Positions 19,747 to 30,592 are shown, counted from the first letter of the stretch. The stretch is DNA of 64,000 nucleotides from a candidate division WOR-3 bacterium (GCA_965648905.1 CBFGIT010000006.1:63598-127597); one strand, 5' to 3'. Numbers and translations: made by a program. Notes: generated by a model not told the origin, from the letters alone.

Positions 19747-22700
19747 GTGAAGCGCTATCTTAGTCTGGCAATGCTGCTTGCGGTTATCACCGGGGCACGG
19801 GCCAGCACGTGGTCCGGCAACTTCCGTTTCTCGACCGGCACGATTGACCTTTCCACGACGACAAGAGACGGCAGGACATTCGTTCTGGTGAACCCGGGTC
19901 CTCAGCCGACACCCGGGCTCTATGCGGTACCAGGCGCGGAGCCAGGCAAGCCACTGCTGCCGGCATGGAGTTTCACAGTCGTCATCCCTCAGGGCATGCG
20001 CGTGGCCGGCGTCGAGGCCGTACCGGCCAGCACTCAGCAATTGCCTGGACGATGCGAGGTGTTTCCGGCTCAAGAACCGGTGCCGGCATCGGTGCGCGAG
20101 CTGCCTCCGTTCCGGCCCGGCGACGCTTCAGTCTACGGGTCGGACAACGCCTATCCCGGCGTGAGCGCAACCGTCAGTCCGGTCGGGATCAAGTCCGGGT
20201 TCAGGCTGGTGACGGTGACGCTCCATCCGGTTCAGTACCATCCGCTTTCCGGCCGACTGGTGCTGGCAACCGAGCTTGCAGTCAGACTGACGTTCGAACC
20301 TGATCCGACCGCGCAGCCGGAGCGTCTGACCCGGGCCCAGCTTGAGAACTTCGGCGACGCGGTTCGGGCCTTGGTCTACAATCCGAACGACGTAGCCCGG
20401 TACGCGCCGGTTGAGCGGCAGACCGACTGGGGCAACATTGACTACATCATCATCACCAACGATGCGCTCCAGAACGAATTCGCTCCGCTGGTCCGATGGC
20501 GGACCAAGAAAGGCTACCGGACCGAAGTCAGGACCGTTTCCTGGATAAGCGCGAACTACCCGGGCCGCGACAATCAGGAGAAGATCCGCAACTTCATCCG
20601 TGACTACTACAACAACCAAGGCACGCGCTGGATTCTGCTCGGGGGCGACCATACGGTCGTTCCGACCCGCCTGGCCCGGGCAGTGGTCGGCAGTTACACC
20701 GGGGACATCGCCTGCGACCTTTACTACGCAGACCTGCAATGGTCATGGGACGGTAACAACAACAACATCTTTGGCGAGTCAGGGGTCGACACGGTCGACC
20801 TCTACTACGACCTGTACGTCGGCCGGGCGTCGGTCGAGACCGCAACCGAAGTACAGACGTTCATCAACAAAGTCCTGACCCACGAGAAAAACCCGCCGAC
20901 CGACTACCTCCGTCGGATGCTCCTAGTCGATGCCCTGCTCTGGTCCGGATACAACCACCAGCAGTCAAATGATTCCATCGCCAACATCACGCCGGCAGGC
21001 TGGACTGACGTATTCATGCACGACCCGGTTGGGACGACCATCGTGCGTGACTCATTGAACAACGGTTTCCAGTTCTGCCACATGGTTGGTCACGGCAACG
21101 AGGTTGGCATCTACAACGGCGGAACCGCATACTACGGCAACGGCGCGGTGCCCGGTCACAACAACGGCCCCCGGGTCGGGCTTATCAACTCAATTGCCTG
21201 CTACCCGGGGTGCTTTGACTACTCGGTCTCTGATTGTCTTGCTGAGCTGAGCCACAATTGTACCACCGGCGGCGCACTGGCAGTTATCTTCAACTCCCGG
21301 TACGGCTGGGGGCAGCCGCCTTCGATGGGGCCGTCAGAGCGGCTCGACATCAGGCTCTACGACTATTTCTTCAATCACGACACGATGCCGATGGGCATCA
21401 CTCATGCTTTGTCAAAAGAAGTCTACCGCGACTGGGCCATGAACCAGCAGGTCTGGCGCTGGTGCTACTACGAACTGAACCTGTTCGGCGACCCGCTACT
21501 CTTGATGTACGAGAACGTGCCCGCCGCACTGAATGCGTCGTTCACCAGCCCGATTGCGCTCGGCAGTCAGAACTTCACGGTCACGGTGACCTCGGGGGCC
21601 AGCAACGTCAACATGGCGCTGGTCTGTCTCTGGAAGGGCAGCGAGGTGTACGACCGGAACTATACCAACGCCTCGGGACAAGTGACCTTTTCGATCAACC
21701 CGGCGACCGGTGGCTACATGTACGTGACCGCGACCAAGCCGAATTACCTGCCGGACGAAGACTCCTGTGAGGTGATCGCCGGCTCGACCGACGTCGGCCC
21801 GACCCGAATCGTTGCTCCACTCGGGACGCTCGATTCGGGCACCGTAGTCACGCCCAGCGTCTGGGTGAAGAACTTCGGCAGCCTGTCAGCTACCTTCCCG
21901 GTGACGATGCGTATCGGCACCGGCTATAGCGACAGCAGGACGGTAACCAATCTGGCACCGCTTGATTCGGCCCAGGTCTGGTTCAACAACTGGACCGCAT
22001 CGCCGCGTGGCACTCATGTGGTTCGGTGCAGCACCGGCTACTCCCAGGACCAGAATCGCGCCAACGATACACTCTCGCGCCCGGTCTCGGTCCGAGTCGT
22101 TGACGCGGCGGCAATCCGCATCGTTTCGCCCACGGGCGCGGCTGACTCGGGGACGGTCATCACGCCCCGGGCCTGGGTGCGGAACTGCGGAACCGGCATC
22201 GCCTCGTTCAATGCGACATTCAGCATCGGCACCGGCTACAATGACGTGCGGGCGGTCAGCAACCTTGGCTCAGGCGACTCAGTACTGGTCAGTTTCAGCG
22301 ACTGGACCGCAGGGCCGTGTGGTGCGCACGCTTCGCGCTGTACGGTTGCGCTGGTCGGCGACATGGTCTCAGCCAATGACCTGGTATCGGGCACGGTCAC
22401 GGTCGGGGTCGTTGATGTTGCTCTGACGCGGATTGTCGCACCGGTCGGTGCGATTGATTCCAAGCAGGTCATTGTCCCCGCATGTACGGTCGCCAACAAC
22501 AGCACGACCGCACAGGCTTACAGCGTCAGGCTAAGCATCGGCACCTGCTATGACCGGGTCGTGAATATCGCCGCCCATCCACCGCTCTCCAAGCTGTTTG
22601 TTCAGTTCCCGCCGTTTGCCGACTGGCCGCGCGGCACGCATCAGGTGACCGCGTTCACTATTCTGCCCGGAGACCAGGTTCCGGCCAACGATACGGCCCG

Positions 22701-24948
22701 CACCGCGATCACGGTCAGCGTCAAAGACGTTGCCTGTGCCCGATTGCTGGAGCCGTTCGGCACCTATGACTCGGGCACGACCGTCACGCCCGCCTGCTCT
22801 CTTGACAACTTCGGCAGTGCGGCCGTGACCTACTCGGTACGGATGCGGATTGGCTCGGTCTACAGCCGGGCTGCGACCGTGACCAACCACGCGCCCGGGA
22901 CCCGCGTCTATCTGTCGTTCCCGAACTGGGTTGCCAGCCCGGTCGGCAACATGCTGGTTCGCTGCTCGACCGAGCTGGCCGGCGACTGTCGCAGCGCCAA
23001 TAACCGGCAGACTACGGTCATCACGGTTCGGAGTATGGGCGGCCACGACTTGAGCTGCACGCACATCCTTGCTCCGGTCGGCCAGGTGGATTCGGGCGCA
23101 CCGATTACACCGGCATGCACGGTGCGCAACTACGGCGGCTTCACCGAGGACTACACCGTGCGGATGAAGATCGGCTCGGTGTACAATGAGGTGGTTGCGG
23201 TTGCCGGCCACGCGCCGGGTACGAGTCGAGCAATTGACTTTCCGGAATGGCGCGCCTGGCCGGTCGGGCCGGCGGTCGTCACCTGTTCGACCGAGCTCGG
23301 AACCGACAACACGCCGCTCAATGACCGCACCGTGGGCAGCTTCGTCGTGCTGCGGGCCGGGCCGGATGTCGGCTGCACCCGGGTCACGTCGCCGGTCGGG
23401 CCTTATCCTGAGGGCCGCATCGTCGCACCGGCCTGTTCCGTCTTCAACTTTGGCAACGCGCCAGCAACCTATGCTCTGCGGCTGACAATTGACACGCTCT
23501 ACGATTCGACCGTGACGATTACCGACCACGAGCCGGGCACTGCCCGTCATGTCTGGCTGCCGGTATGGGTCACCCGGCCGGCTGGCAGCTACACGGTCAC
23601 TGCCTACACGATGCTGGCCGGGGATCTGGGTCCGGGTAATGACACAGCTCGAAGCCAGTGTGTCGTGCTGCCGCCTTCGGTCAAGCCCTGGTCGGAACGG
23701 ACGCCGATGCCGCTGCCATCTTCGGTTCGGCCGGCCGGCGATGGTGCCTGGCTTGCTTATCATGCGGGACGCGACGTCGTCTTTGCGGCCAAAGGCAACA
23801 AGTCGAACGACTTCTACCAGTACAACCCGAACACCGACGTCTGGCTCCACCTGACATCAATCCCGATGGGCGTCTCGAACCGGTATGCAGGCAAGGGCGC
23901 ATGCGGCACGACCGACGGAGCCGAGTATGTCTATGCGGCCAAAGGCAACAACACAGCCGAGTTCTGGCGCTACAGTGTCGCTCGCGACTCATGGGCGGCG
24001 CTGGCCGAAGTACCGCTGGGCCCAAGCCGCAAGAAGCTGAAGGGCGGCGGGGATATGGTCTTTGTGCCGGGTGATACCGACTTCGTCTATCTGCTCAAAG
24101 GCCACCGCAATGAGTTCATGCGCTACCGCATTGATACTGACACGTGGGAATTACTTGAACCCGCGCCGACCCAGGGTCGGCCCAAGTGGGACAAGGGTTC
24201 ATGGCTGGTCTATGACCAGGCCGGGGCGCTCTACGCTCACAAGGCCAAGTACCACGAGCTCTGGGCTTTCGACCTGACTATCGACCGCTGGGACACGTCT
24301 CGTCACCTGACGGGCATGCCCCAGGTCAGCCGTCAGGGACGAAACAAGAAGTCCAAGGACGGCGGCTGCGGTACCTTCTACGCCAACATGCTCTACTCAC
24401 TCAAGGGCGGCAACACTCAGGAGTTCTGGCGCTACGCGATTGACGGCGATTCGTGGACCGAGCTCGAGACCCTGCCGGTCTATGGTGCGACGCAGCGGGC
24501 CAAGAAGGTGAAGAACGGTGCCGACATCGCCAGTGACGGCCAGGGCCTGCTCTTTGCCCTGAAGGGCAATAAGACGGTTGAGTTCTGGTGCTACACAATC
24601 ATGGGCGGATTTGCCGGGTCCGGTTCGATTGCGCCTGACGCCAGCGAAGGTGTGATGGCGGAAAGGAATCCTGCCTCGCATAGCGGCGCGGGCATTGTGC
24701 GCGTCTTCCCGAACCCGCTCCGCAACGGCTTCGTGACAATCAGACTGAGTGGTGAGCCGGTCAAGTGGCCAAGTGGTTCGGCAAAGGTCAGGATTGTCGA
24801 TGTCTCGGGCCGTGTTCGGCAGACTGCAACCTGCAACCTGCATACTGCCGTTCAACTCGACCTGCGTGCGCTGCCGGCTGGGGTCTACACCCTGCAACTG
24901 ACCGTCGGCGACCGCTCGGTCAACCAGAAGCTGGTGATTCAGCAGTAG
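19747..24948 (+). CDS. Secreted C25 (gingipain-like) cysteine peptidase with propeptide, 6 CARDB-like repeats, Kelch propeller and T9SS/FlgD-like CTD
   Basis: GGAGG then GTG; signal peptide. DYIIIT, LLGGD, DLYYADL, YVGRA; catalytic GHG (MVGHGN) and SIACY; LFGDP. Kelch KGN repeats. C-terminus LPAGVYTLQL..QKLVIQQ. Confidence 0.92.
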   Translation: MKRYLSLAMLLAVITGARASTWSGNFRFSTGTIDLSTTTRDGRTFVLVNPGPQPTPGLYAVPGAEPGKPLLPAWSFTVVIPQGMRVAGVEAVPASTQQLPGRCEVFPAQEPVPASVRELPPFRPGDASVYGSDNAYPGVSATVSPVGIKSGFRLVTVTLHPVQYHPLSGRLVLATELAVRLTFEPDPTAQPERLTRAQLENFGDAVRALVYNPNDVARYAPVERQTDWGNIDYIIITNDALQNEFAPLVRWRTKKGYRTEVRTVSWISANYPGRDNQEKIRNFIRDYYNNQGTRWILLGGDHTVVPTRLARAVVGSYTGDIACDLYYADLQWSWDGNNNNIFGESGVDTVDLYYDLYVGRASVETATEVQTFINKVLTHEKNPPTDYLRRMLLVDALLWSGYNHQQSNDSIANITPAGWTDVFMHDPVGTTIVRDSLNNGFQFCHMVGHGNEVGIYNGGTAYYGNGAVPGHNNGPRVGLINSIACYPGCFDYSVSDCLAELSHNCTTGGALAVIFNSRYGWGQPPSMGPSERLDIRLYDYFFNHDTMPMGITHALSKEVYRDWAMNQQVWRWCYYELNLFGDPLLLMYENVPAALNASFTSPIALGSQNFTVTVTSGASNVNMALVCLWKGSEVYDRNYTNASGQVTFSINPATGGYMYVTATKPNYLPDEDSCEVIAGSTDVGPTRIVAPLGTLDSGTVVTPSVWVKNFGSLSATFPVTMRIGTGYSDSRTVTNLAPLDSAQVWFNNWTASPRGTHVVRCSTGYSQDQNRANDTLSRPVSVRVVDAAAIRIVSPTGAADSGTVITPRAWVRNCGTGIASFNATFSIGTGYNDVRAVSNLGSGDSVLVSFSDWTAGPCGAHASRCTVALVGDMVSANDLVSGTVTVGVVDVALTRIVAPVGAIDSKQVIVPACTVANNSTTAQAYSVRLSIGTCYDRVVNIAAHPPLSKLFVQFPPFADWPRGTHQVTAFTILPGDQVPANDTARTAITVSVKDVACARLLEPFGTYDSGTTVTPACSLDNFGSAAVTYSVRMRIGSVYSRAATVTNHAPGTRVYLSFPNWVASPVGNMLVRCSTELAGDCRSANNRQTTVITVRSMGGHDLSCTHILAPVGQVDSGAPITPACTVRNYGGFTEDYTVRMKIGSVYNEVVAVAGHAPGTSRAIDFPEWRAWPVGPAVVTCSTELGTDNTPLNDRTVGSFVVLRAGPDVGCTRVTSPVGPYPEGRIVAPACSVFNFGNAPATYALRLTIDTLYDSTVTITDHEPGTARHVWLPVWVTRPAGSYTVTAYTMLAGDLGPGNDTARSQCVVLPPSVKPWSERTPMPLPSSVRPAGDGAWLAYHAGRDVVFAAKGNKSNDFYQYNPNTDVWLHLTSIPMGVSNRYAGKGACGTTDGAEYVYAAKGNNTAEFWRYSVARDSWAALAEVPLGPSRKKLKGGGDMVFVPGDTDFVYLLKGHRNEFMRYRIDTDTWELLEPAPTQGRPKWDKGSWLVYDQAGALYAHKAKYHELWAFDLTIDRWDTSRHLTGMPQVSRQGRNKKSKDGGCGTFYANMLYSLKGGNTQEFWRYAIDGDSWTELETLPVYGATQRAKKVKNGADIASDGQGLLFALKGNKTVEFWCYTIMGGFAGSGSIAPDASEGVMAERNPASHSGAGIVRVFPNPLRNGFVTIRLSGEPVKWPSGSAKVRIVDVSGRVRQTATCNLHTAVQLDLRALPAGVYTLQLTVGDRSVNQKLVIQQ

Positions 24949-24969
24949 CCGGCCGGGAGCAGATTGACG

Positions 24970-24999
24970 AATCAGGGCGGCCTTCGGGCCGCCCTGATT
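24970..24999. terminator. Hairpin between convergent genes (likely bidirectional terminator)
   Basis: Perfect 13-bp stem aatcagggcggcc/ggccgccctgatt with a C(UUCG)G loop. Confidence 0.8.
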
Positions 25000-25054
25000 G
25001 TTCAGGATGCAGGCGAGAGCGCCGGTACGGTCTGGGCGGGCGCGCTGCCTGGTT

Positions 25055-25369
25055 CTAGACCTGAGCCGGCACCGACTCCGGCTCAGGTACCGGCTCGGCC
25101 TCGACCGTGGTCTCGGGCGCTGGCTCGGCTGTGGACTGAATCGGCGCAGTCTGTGCCTTGGCGAGTGGGCCGGCCGCGTTCACCTGGGCCAAGGCTTCGC
25201 GGATAAGCCGGATGCGGGATTCAACCGAGAGCCTCCGGTTGAGAATCAGACGCCACGAATCACGGAGGCGGCAGAGCCCGCCCTCGCTCTTCAGGTCGGC
25301 GTAGGCCAGTCTCACACCCAGTTCCTTGCAGGCCTGCTCCAGCGCATCAAGGGTCTTCTTTGTGCTCAT
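25055..25369 (-). CDS. Hypothetical protein (ImmA/IrrE-like N-terminal segment without HExxH; Pro/Glu-rich tail)
   Basis: 4-nt start/stop overlap with the epimerase; LGVRLAYADLKSEGGLCRL..LILNRRL. Confidence 0.65.
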   Translation of the reverse strand: MSTKKTLDALEQACKELGVRLAYADLKSEGGLCRLRDSWRLILNRRLSVESRIRLIREALAQVNAAGPLAKAQTAPIQSTAEPAPETTVEAEPVPEPESVPAQV

Positions 25370-26325
25370 AGCCAGTTCATCTCCTCATACCATCGAATTG
25401 TCTTGGACATGCCGGTCTTGAGGTCATACTCAGGCACGAAACCCAGCTCGGTTCGTGCCTTGTCCGAGCTTGCCACCCAGCACGGCTGGGTCAGCTCCCG
25501 GGCCTTGTCCGGGTTGAAAATCGAGCCGTTGCGGGCGGTCTTCTCACTCAGCCAGGCCGCAGCGTGCACGAACCAGCGGGGCAGCCTCACGGAGACGGGC
25601 CTGGAGCCGAAAGCTGAGCCCAGGATTCCGGCCATGTCGTTGAACGTGTAACACTGGCCGTCGGTGACATAGTAGACCGTGCCTGAAGGTACGTCGCGTT
25701 CAGCCGCCAGTGCCGCAGCCCGGACTGCATCGCTGACATAGACGGCGGAGAAGCTGCCGCCGAACACTGGCACCAGGCCACGTTTGGCCCAGCGCAGGAG
25801 TGCAACCAGGTCCTGGTCGCGTGGGCCATAGACCGCAGGTAGCCGGAGAATGACCGACCGGAGCTGATTGCATAGGTCTTGAAGCACCGCTTCGGCTGCC
25901 AGCTTGCCCCGGCCATAGCGGCTGACCGGCTCGGGTGGTTGAGCTTCGCAGCGCGGCTCTTCAGGACTCGGAGCCGGACCACCTGCAGCCGCGCTTGAGA
26001 AAAGGACAAACCGCCGCACCCGCGCGTCGATGCACGCCTGAGCCAGGAGTCTGGTGCCGGTGCAGTTGACCTGCTCAAAGTCACGTGCGTCGCGCACGCT
26101 TGCCCCGAGGTGGAAAACGACCTCAATGCCGTCTGCGGCCCGGTGCAGCGACTCGGAATCGCGCAGGTCGCCGTAGACAAGCTCCACTTGGGACGAGATG
26201 TGAGTCAGCCAGCGCAGGTTGCTGGTCCGGCGCACCATCCCGCACACCGAATGGCCGAGTTCGAGCAGATGCTCGCATAGATGCGAGCCGATGAAACCGT
26301 TGGCCCCGGTGACGAGCGTCTTCAT
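25366..26325 (-). CDS. NAD-dependent epimerase/dehydratase (extended SDR)
   Basis: VTGANGFIGSHL, SSAAA, YGRGK (YxxxK), VYGPRD. Confidence 0.92.
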   Translation of the reverse strand: MKTLVTGANGFIGSHLCEHLLELGHSVCGMVRRTSNLRWLTHISSQVELVYGDLRDSESLHRAADGIEVVFHLGASVRDARDFEQVNCTGTRLLAQACIDARVRRFVLFSSAAAGGPAPSPEEPRCEAQPPEPVSRYGRGKLAAEAVLQDLCNQLRSVILRLPAVYGPRDQDLVALLRWAKRGLVPVFGGSFSAVYVSDAVRAAALAAERDVPSGTVYYVTDGQCYTFNDMAGILGSAFGSRPVSVRLPRWFVHAAAWLSEKTARNGSIFNPDKARELTQPCWVASSDKARTELGFVPEYDLKTGMSKTIRWYEEMNWL

Positions 26326-26328
26326 GCT

Positions 26329-27204
26329 CTACCCGTGCCGGCCGGTCTTCACGTTCCTGCCGGGCCGGGACAGCTTCGGCGCAATCTCGCGTTCGTAGTA
26401 CTCAAGGCACTGCAGCGCTGCTTCCCTGGGCCGGACCTCGAACACAACCAGCGCACTCGTCCGGGCCAGCAGCCGGAAGAACGGAAGGAAGTCGACGTTG
26501 CCTCGCCCCAAGACCTGATGCTCGTCGCGCTGCCCGGAATTGTCGTGGACGTGACTGTGGAAGATGAGTGCTTGATGCTTCCTGAAGAACTCAAGCTCCC
26601 GGGCCCGGGGCGCTGGCGCAAGCGTGTTGATATGGCCGATGTCAAGACACAATCCCAGGCTGCCGCCGAGAACCTGGTCGAGCACCCGGAACGTCAAGTC
26701 ATAGCGGAACCCGCCGACGTTCTCGACGCACAGGCGCGTGGTCCTGCCCGCGTGCTCTTTCAGCTCCAGCAGAAGCTCGGTCAGCATGGAACGATAGTAG
26801 TCCGGGTACTGCTGATGCGTGAACCCGGTTCCGGTTGAAGTGCCGTAGTTCATGTCGTGGCCCAGGTGCATCACGACAGTGGCGATTTCGGTGTCTGCGG
26901 CCCGATCGAGCAGACGCTTCAACTCGGCCACGCCGCACCGCCGGACGCGTTCGTTCGTGACAAAGAACGACGGCCCTTCCCAGGCGTGAAGGGCCAGGGT
27001 CACATTGTGCCGCCGGCAGGTGGTGCGGATTCTGGCCCGTTCGCGGGCACGGGCCAACTGCTGAAGGAAATGGACGTTGCCCAGGTTCAGCTCCAGCACT
27101 GCCAGCCGGCGGCCAGCGGCGAAAGCGACCGCTTCGGTTGCGTCGGTGAAATCGAACAGGACCTGTACGCCGAGGCGCGGCCGCAGCAGCTCAGCCAGAT
27201 GCAC
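26329..27204 (-). CDS. Sugar phosphate isomerase/epimerase (xylose-isomerase-like TIM barrel)
   Basis: VVMHLG, LCVENV, LCLDIGHIN, HVHDNSGQRDEH, VFEV. GTG 27204 lies 6 nt after a TTGACT-17-TATAAT promoter. Confidence 0.82.
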   Translation of the reverse strand: MHLAELLRPRLGVQVLFDFTDATEAVAFAAGRRLAVLELNLGNVHFLQQLARARERARIRTTCRRHNVTLALHAWEGPSFFVTNERVRRCGVAELKRLLDRAADTEIATVVMHLGHDMNYGTSTGTGFTHQQYPDYYRSMLTELLLELKEHAGRTTRLCVENVGGFRYDLTFRVLDQVLGGSLGLCLDIGHINTLAPAPRARELEFFRKHQALIFHSHVHDNSGQRDEHQVLGRGNVDFLPFFRLLARTSALVVFEVRPREAALQCLEYYEREIAPKLSRPGRNVKTGRHG

Positions 27205-27459
27205 GTGCCGATTATACGTCGTGGCCCGGGGCAAGTCAAAGCACGAGACGCGCCGGGCGTTTCCTCGTGTGTCGGACCGCGCGGCAAGCTCGGCCCCACG
27301 GCTCAACCTCGGGCAACACTCACCGCCGACACTGTCGGCCCTGCACGCTCTGGCGCGCGTTCTGCGGCACGAAGCAACGACAACACGAGTGAGCAGATGG
27401 GCTCGTCCCCGATCAATCCGCGAGTAGCACAGCGGCGCGGTTTGCTGTATGCTACAGGT

Positions 27460-28851
27460 GTGAAGACCGTTGCTGTCGTCGGCGCCGGGCTGGCCGGGTG
27501 CGAGGCAGCACTACAGTGCGCTCGCCGCGGCGTGCCGGTGCAACTGTTCGAGATGCGGCCCGGTCGAATGACCGAGGCGCACCGAACCGGAGACCCAGCC
27601 GAGTTGGTCTGCTCCAACTCGCTCAAGTCCTTGGAACCCACGAACGCACACGGCCTGCTCAAGGCCGAGCTGCGTATCTATGGTTCGGTGCTGCTCGAGT
27701 GTGCTGAGCGGGCACGCATACCGGGCGGCAAGGCGCTGGTTGTCGACCGGAAGCGATTCTCGGCCGAGGTACTCGACGAACTGAGTCGCGCCGGCGTGCC
27801 GGTCGAGCAGGATGAGGTTACCGGGCCTGGGTCTGGGTCCGGCCCAACCGTTGTTGCCACCGGCCCGCTGACGTCCGGGCCGATGGCCGATGCGCTGCAA
27901 CGCCTGCTTGGAGCTGAGCGCCTCTTCTTCTACGACGCGATTGCGCCGATGCTGGAGGAAGAGTCGCTGGACCGAAGCACCGTGTTCGAGGGCTCGCGCT
28001 ACGGTGCAGGAGCTGATTACCTGAACTGCCCGATGACTGAGACCGAGTACGACCGGTTCGTGGCCGCGCTGCTTGAAGCAGAGCTGCATCCGCTGCACGA
28101 GTTCGAGACCGCGCCTTTCTTCGAGGGTTGTCTGCCGGTCGAGGAGATTGCGCGCCGTGGTCGGCTGGCGCTGGCGTTCGGGCCGATGAAGCCGGTCGGG
28201 ATTCTCGACCCGCGCACCGGCCGGCGGCCGTTTGCGGTCGTGCAACTGCGGCGCGAGAATGCGACCGGAACGATGTACAACATGGTCGGTTTCCAGACCC
28301 GGCTCAGACACGCCGAGCAGGAGCGCGTGTTCCGGCTGATTCCCGGGCTGGAGCACGCACGGTTCCTGCGCTACGGCAGCATTCATCGGAATACGTATCT
28401 TGACGGCCCGCGGGTACTGGACCCGACCCTGCAGACGCGAGCCCGGCCTGACCTGCTTGTTGCCGGGCAGTTGACCGGCGTTGAGGGTTACGTTGAGTCG
28501 ATTGGTGCCGGGCTGGTGGCGGGCGTGAACGCAGCGCGTCTGGCATTGGGGCAATCGCCGTTGACCTGGCCGACCACGACGATGCTCGGCAGTCTGCTGG
28601 CATACGTCGCAGGCTTGACGGGTCGAGGGGCTGTCGCCGCTGGCCCTCGATTTCAGCCGATGAACGCGAACTTCGGCCTGCTGCCGCCTGCGGCCGCGCC
28701 GCACCGAGGCTGGCGCCGCCGACAGATACTGTCTGAGTCAGCATTGACCGTGGCCCGGGAATTCGGCAGAATGGCAGGTTCTGAGCCGATTGCAGGCCGG
28801 TCACTTTGCCGCAACGGAAATGGAGGAAGTCGTGATGAAACCGCTGCCTGA
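27460..28851 (+). CDS. trmFO: Folate/FAD-dependent tRNA (uracil-5)-methyltransferase
   Basis: VVGAGLAGCEAA, AELVCSNSL, FFYDAIAP, FEGCLPVE, FGPMKPVG, NMVGFQT, GQLTGVEGY, FQPMNANFGL. Confidence 0.96.
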   Translation: MKTVAVVGAGLAGCEAALQCARRGVPVQLFEMRPGRMTEAHRTGDPAELVCSNSLKSLEPTNAHGLLKAELRIYGSVLLECAERARIPGGKALVVDRKRFSAEVLDELSRAGVPVEQDEVTGPGSGSGPTVVATGPLTSGPMADALQRLLGAERLFFYDAIAPMLEEESLDRSTVFEGSRYGAGADYLNCPMTETEYDRFVAALLEAELHPLHEFETAPFFEGCLPVEEIARRGRLALAFGPMKPVGILDPRTGRRPFAVVQLRRENATGTMYNMVGFQTRLRHAEQERVFRLIPGLEHARFLRYGSIHRNTYLDGPRVLDPTLQTRARPDLLVAGQLTGVEGYVESIGAGLVAGVNAARLALGQSPLTWPTTTMLGSLLAYVAGLTGRGAVAAGPRFQPMNANFGLLPPAAAPHRGWRRRQILSESALTVAREFGRMAGSEPIAGRSLCRNGNGGSRDETAA

Positions 28852-30523
28852 GAAGACAACCGAGATGATGGACTGGGCCTGGACTGATTTTGGGCCTCAC
28901 TATGCCGAGCTTGCCGGCCGCGAGTTGACCGCGGCCACGGCTGAGCAGTTCCTGTCGGACTGGACCCGGCTGCACGACCGGGGCGAGGAAGTCGGCTCGC
29001 GCCTGTCAGTTGCCAAGGATGCCAACACCGCGGACAAGGATGCTGAAGCGAGGTTCAATCGCTTCATCGAAGAAGTCTACCCGAAGATGCAGGAGGCCGA
29101 ACAGCAGCTCAAGGACAAGCTGCTCAGAAGCGGCACCAGGCCGGCCGGTTTCGAGCTGCCCCTGCGCAAGATGCAGACCGAGGCTGCCATCTACCGCGAG
29201 AAGAATCTGCCCCTGCTGGTCGAGCAGCAGAAGTATAACACCGAGTACGGCAAGATTGTCGGCAGCCAGGCCGTCGAGTGGGAAGGCAAGGAAGTTACGG
29301 TCACTCAACTGCGGCCCGTGCTCTTTGAGCCCGACCGGGCCCGGCGTGAGGCGGCATGGCGGCTTTCGTCCCAGCGCCAGCTTGCCGACCGGGACGGAAT
29401 CAACCAGCTCTGGCAGAAGTATCTGAAGCTGAGGCTTGAACTGGCCGCCAATGCCGGATTTCGTGACTACCGCTCGTTTCGCTGGCAGGAGATGCTGCGG
29501 TTTGACTATTCTCCAGAGAACTGCCGCGAGTTTCACCAGGCGATTCTCGAGGCCGTGGTTCCGGCCGCAGGCCGAATCTACGAGCGGCGCAGGAAGCGAC
29601 TGGGCGTGGACCGGCTGAGGCCATGGGACCTTGACGTTGACCCGATGGGCCGACCGGGGCTCTCACCGTTCCGGACTCAGGGCGAGTTTCGTTCCGGAGT
29701 CCATTCGATGCTTGCCCGCGTGGACGCAGAAATCGGCAGTCAGTTCCGAACCATGATGGATGAAGGTCTGCTTGACCTGGATAATCGAAAGAACAAGGCA
29801 CCGGGCGGATACTGCACTTCTTTCGATGCAGTTGGCAGGCCGTTCATCTTCATGAATGCGGTTGGTTTGCACGGCGACGTGATGACCCTAATACACGAAG
29901 CCGGCCATGCGGTACACAGTTTCGCGGCTCACCGGCTTCCCTGGTTCCAACAGCGGCAGGTCGGTATGGAGTTCGCTGAGGTCGCGTCCATGGGTATGGA
30001 GCTCCTGGCCTCGCCCTTCCTCGCCCGGGACCAGGGCGGGTTCTACTCGAAGGACGATGCCGAGCGTGCCTTCCGCGATACGCTTGAGCGGAATGTCCAG
30101 TTTTGGCCGTACATGGCGGTGGTCGACGCGTTCCAGCACTGGGTGTACGAGAACCCGACTGATGCCATGAACCCGGACAACTGCGACCGACAGTGGTTTG
30201 GGCTCTGGGAGCGGTTCATGCCGGGCGTGGACTGGACCGGGCTCGAAGCCGAGTGCGCGACCGGCTGGCACAGGAAGCTGCACATTCACATGGTTCCGTT
30301 CTACTACGTGGAGTACGGTCTGGCTCAACTGGGGGCTTGCCAAGTCTGGGCCAATTCACTGAACGATTATGCCGGCGCGGTACAGGCGTACAAGCGCGGT
30401 CTGGCTCTGGGAGGTACCAGGTCTCTGCCCGAGCTGTATTCGGCCGCCGGGGCGCGATTTGCATTCGACGCGGCCTCGCTCGGCTCGGTCGTCGGCCTGA
30501 TGTATCAGAAGCTCGAAGACTGA
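28835..30523 (+). CDS. M3 family oligoendopeptidase
   Basis: GGAGG SD; RPWDL, KAPGGYC, HEAGH, AEVASMGME, PFYYVEYG. Confidence 0.93.
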   Translation: MKPLPEKTTEMMDWAWTDFGPHYAELAGRELTAATAEQFLSDWTRLHDRGEEVGSRLSVAKDANTADKDAEARFNRFIEEVYPKMQEAEQQLKDKLLRSGTRPAGFELPLRKMQTEAAIYREKNLPLLVEQQKYNTEYGKIVGSQAVEWEGKEVTVTQLRPVLFEPDRARREAAWRLSSQRQLADRDGINQLWQKYLKLRLELAANAGFRDYRSFRWQEMLRFDYSPENCREFHQAILEAVVPAAGRIYERRRKRLGVDRLRPWDLDVDPMGRPGLSPFRTQGEFRSGVHSMLARVDAEIGSQFRTMMDEGLLDLDNRKNKAPGGYCTSFDAVGRPFIFMNAVGLHGDVMTLIHEAGHAVHSFAAHRLPWFQQRQVGMEFAEVASMGMELLASPFLARDQGGFYSKDDAERAFRDTLERNVQFWPYMAVVDAFQHWVYENPTDAMNPDNCDRQWFGLWERFMPGVDWTGLEAECATGWHRKLHIHMVPFYYVEYGLAQLGACQVWANSLNDYAGAVQAYKRGLALGGTRSLPELYSAAGARFAFDAASLGSVVGLMYQKLED

Positions 30524-30546
30524 AGGACCCAGACCGGACAAGATGA

Positions 30547-30575
30547 GCAGCGGGAGAGGAATCCTCTCCCGCTGC
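30547..30575. terminator. Hairpin between convergent genes
   Basis: gcagcgggagagg-aat-cctctcccgctgc, 13-bp perfect stem. Confidence 0.75.
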
Positions 30576-30592
30576 AATGGTGTTCGGGCTGA

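Noticed and set aside
16342..28704. Long antisense ORFs (e.g. 16342-17607, 22531-23850, 27511-28704)
   Set aside because: Shadows of well-supported genes, expected in GC-rich DNA.
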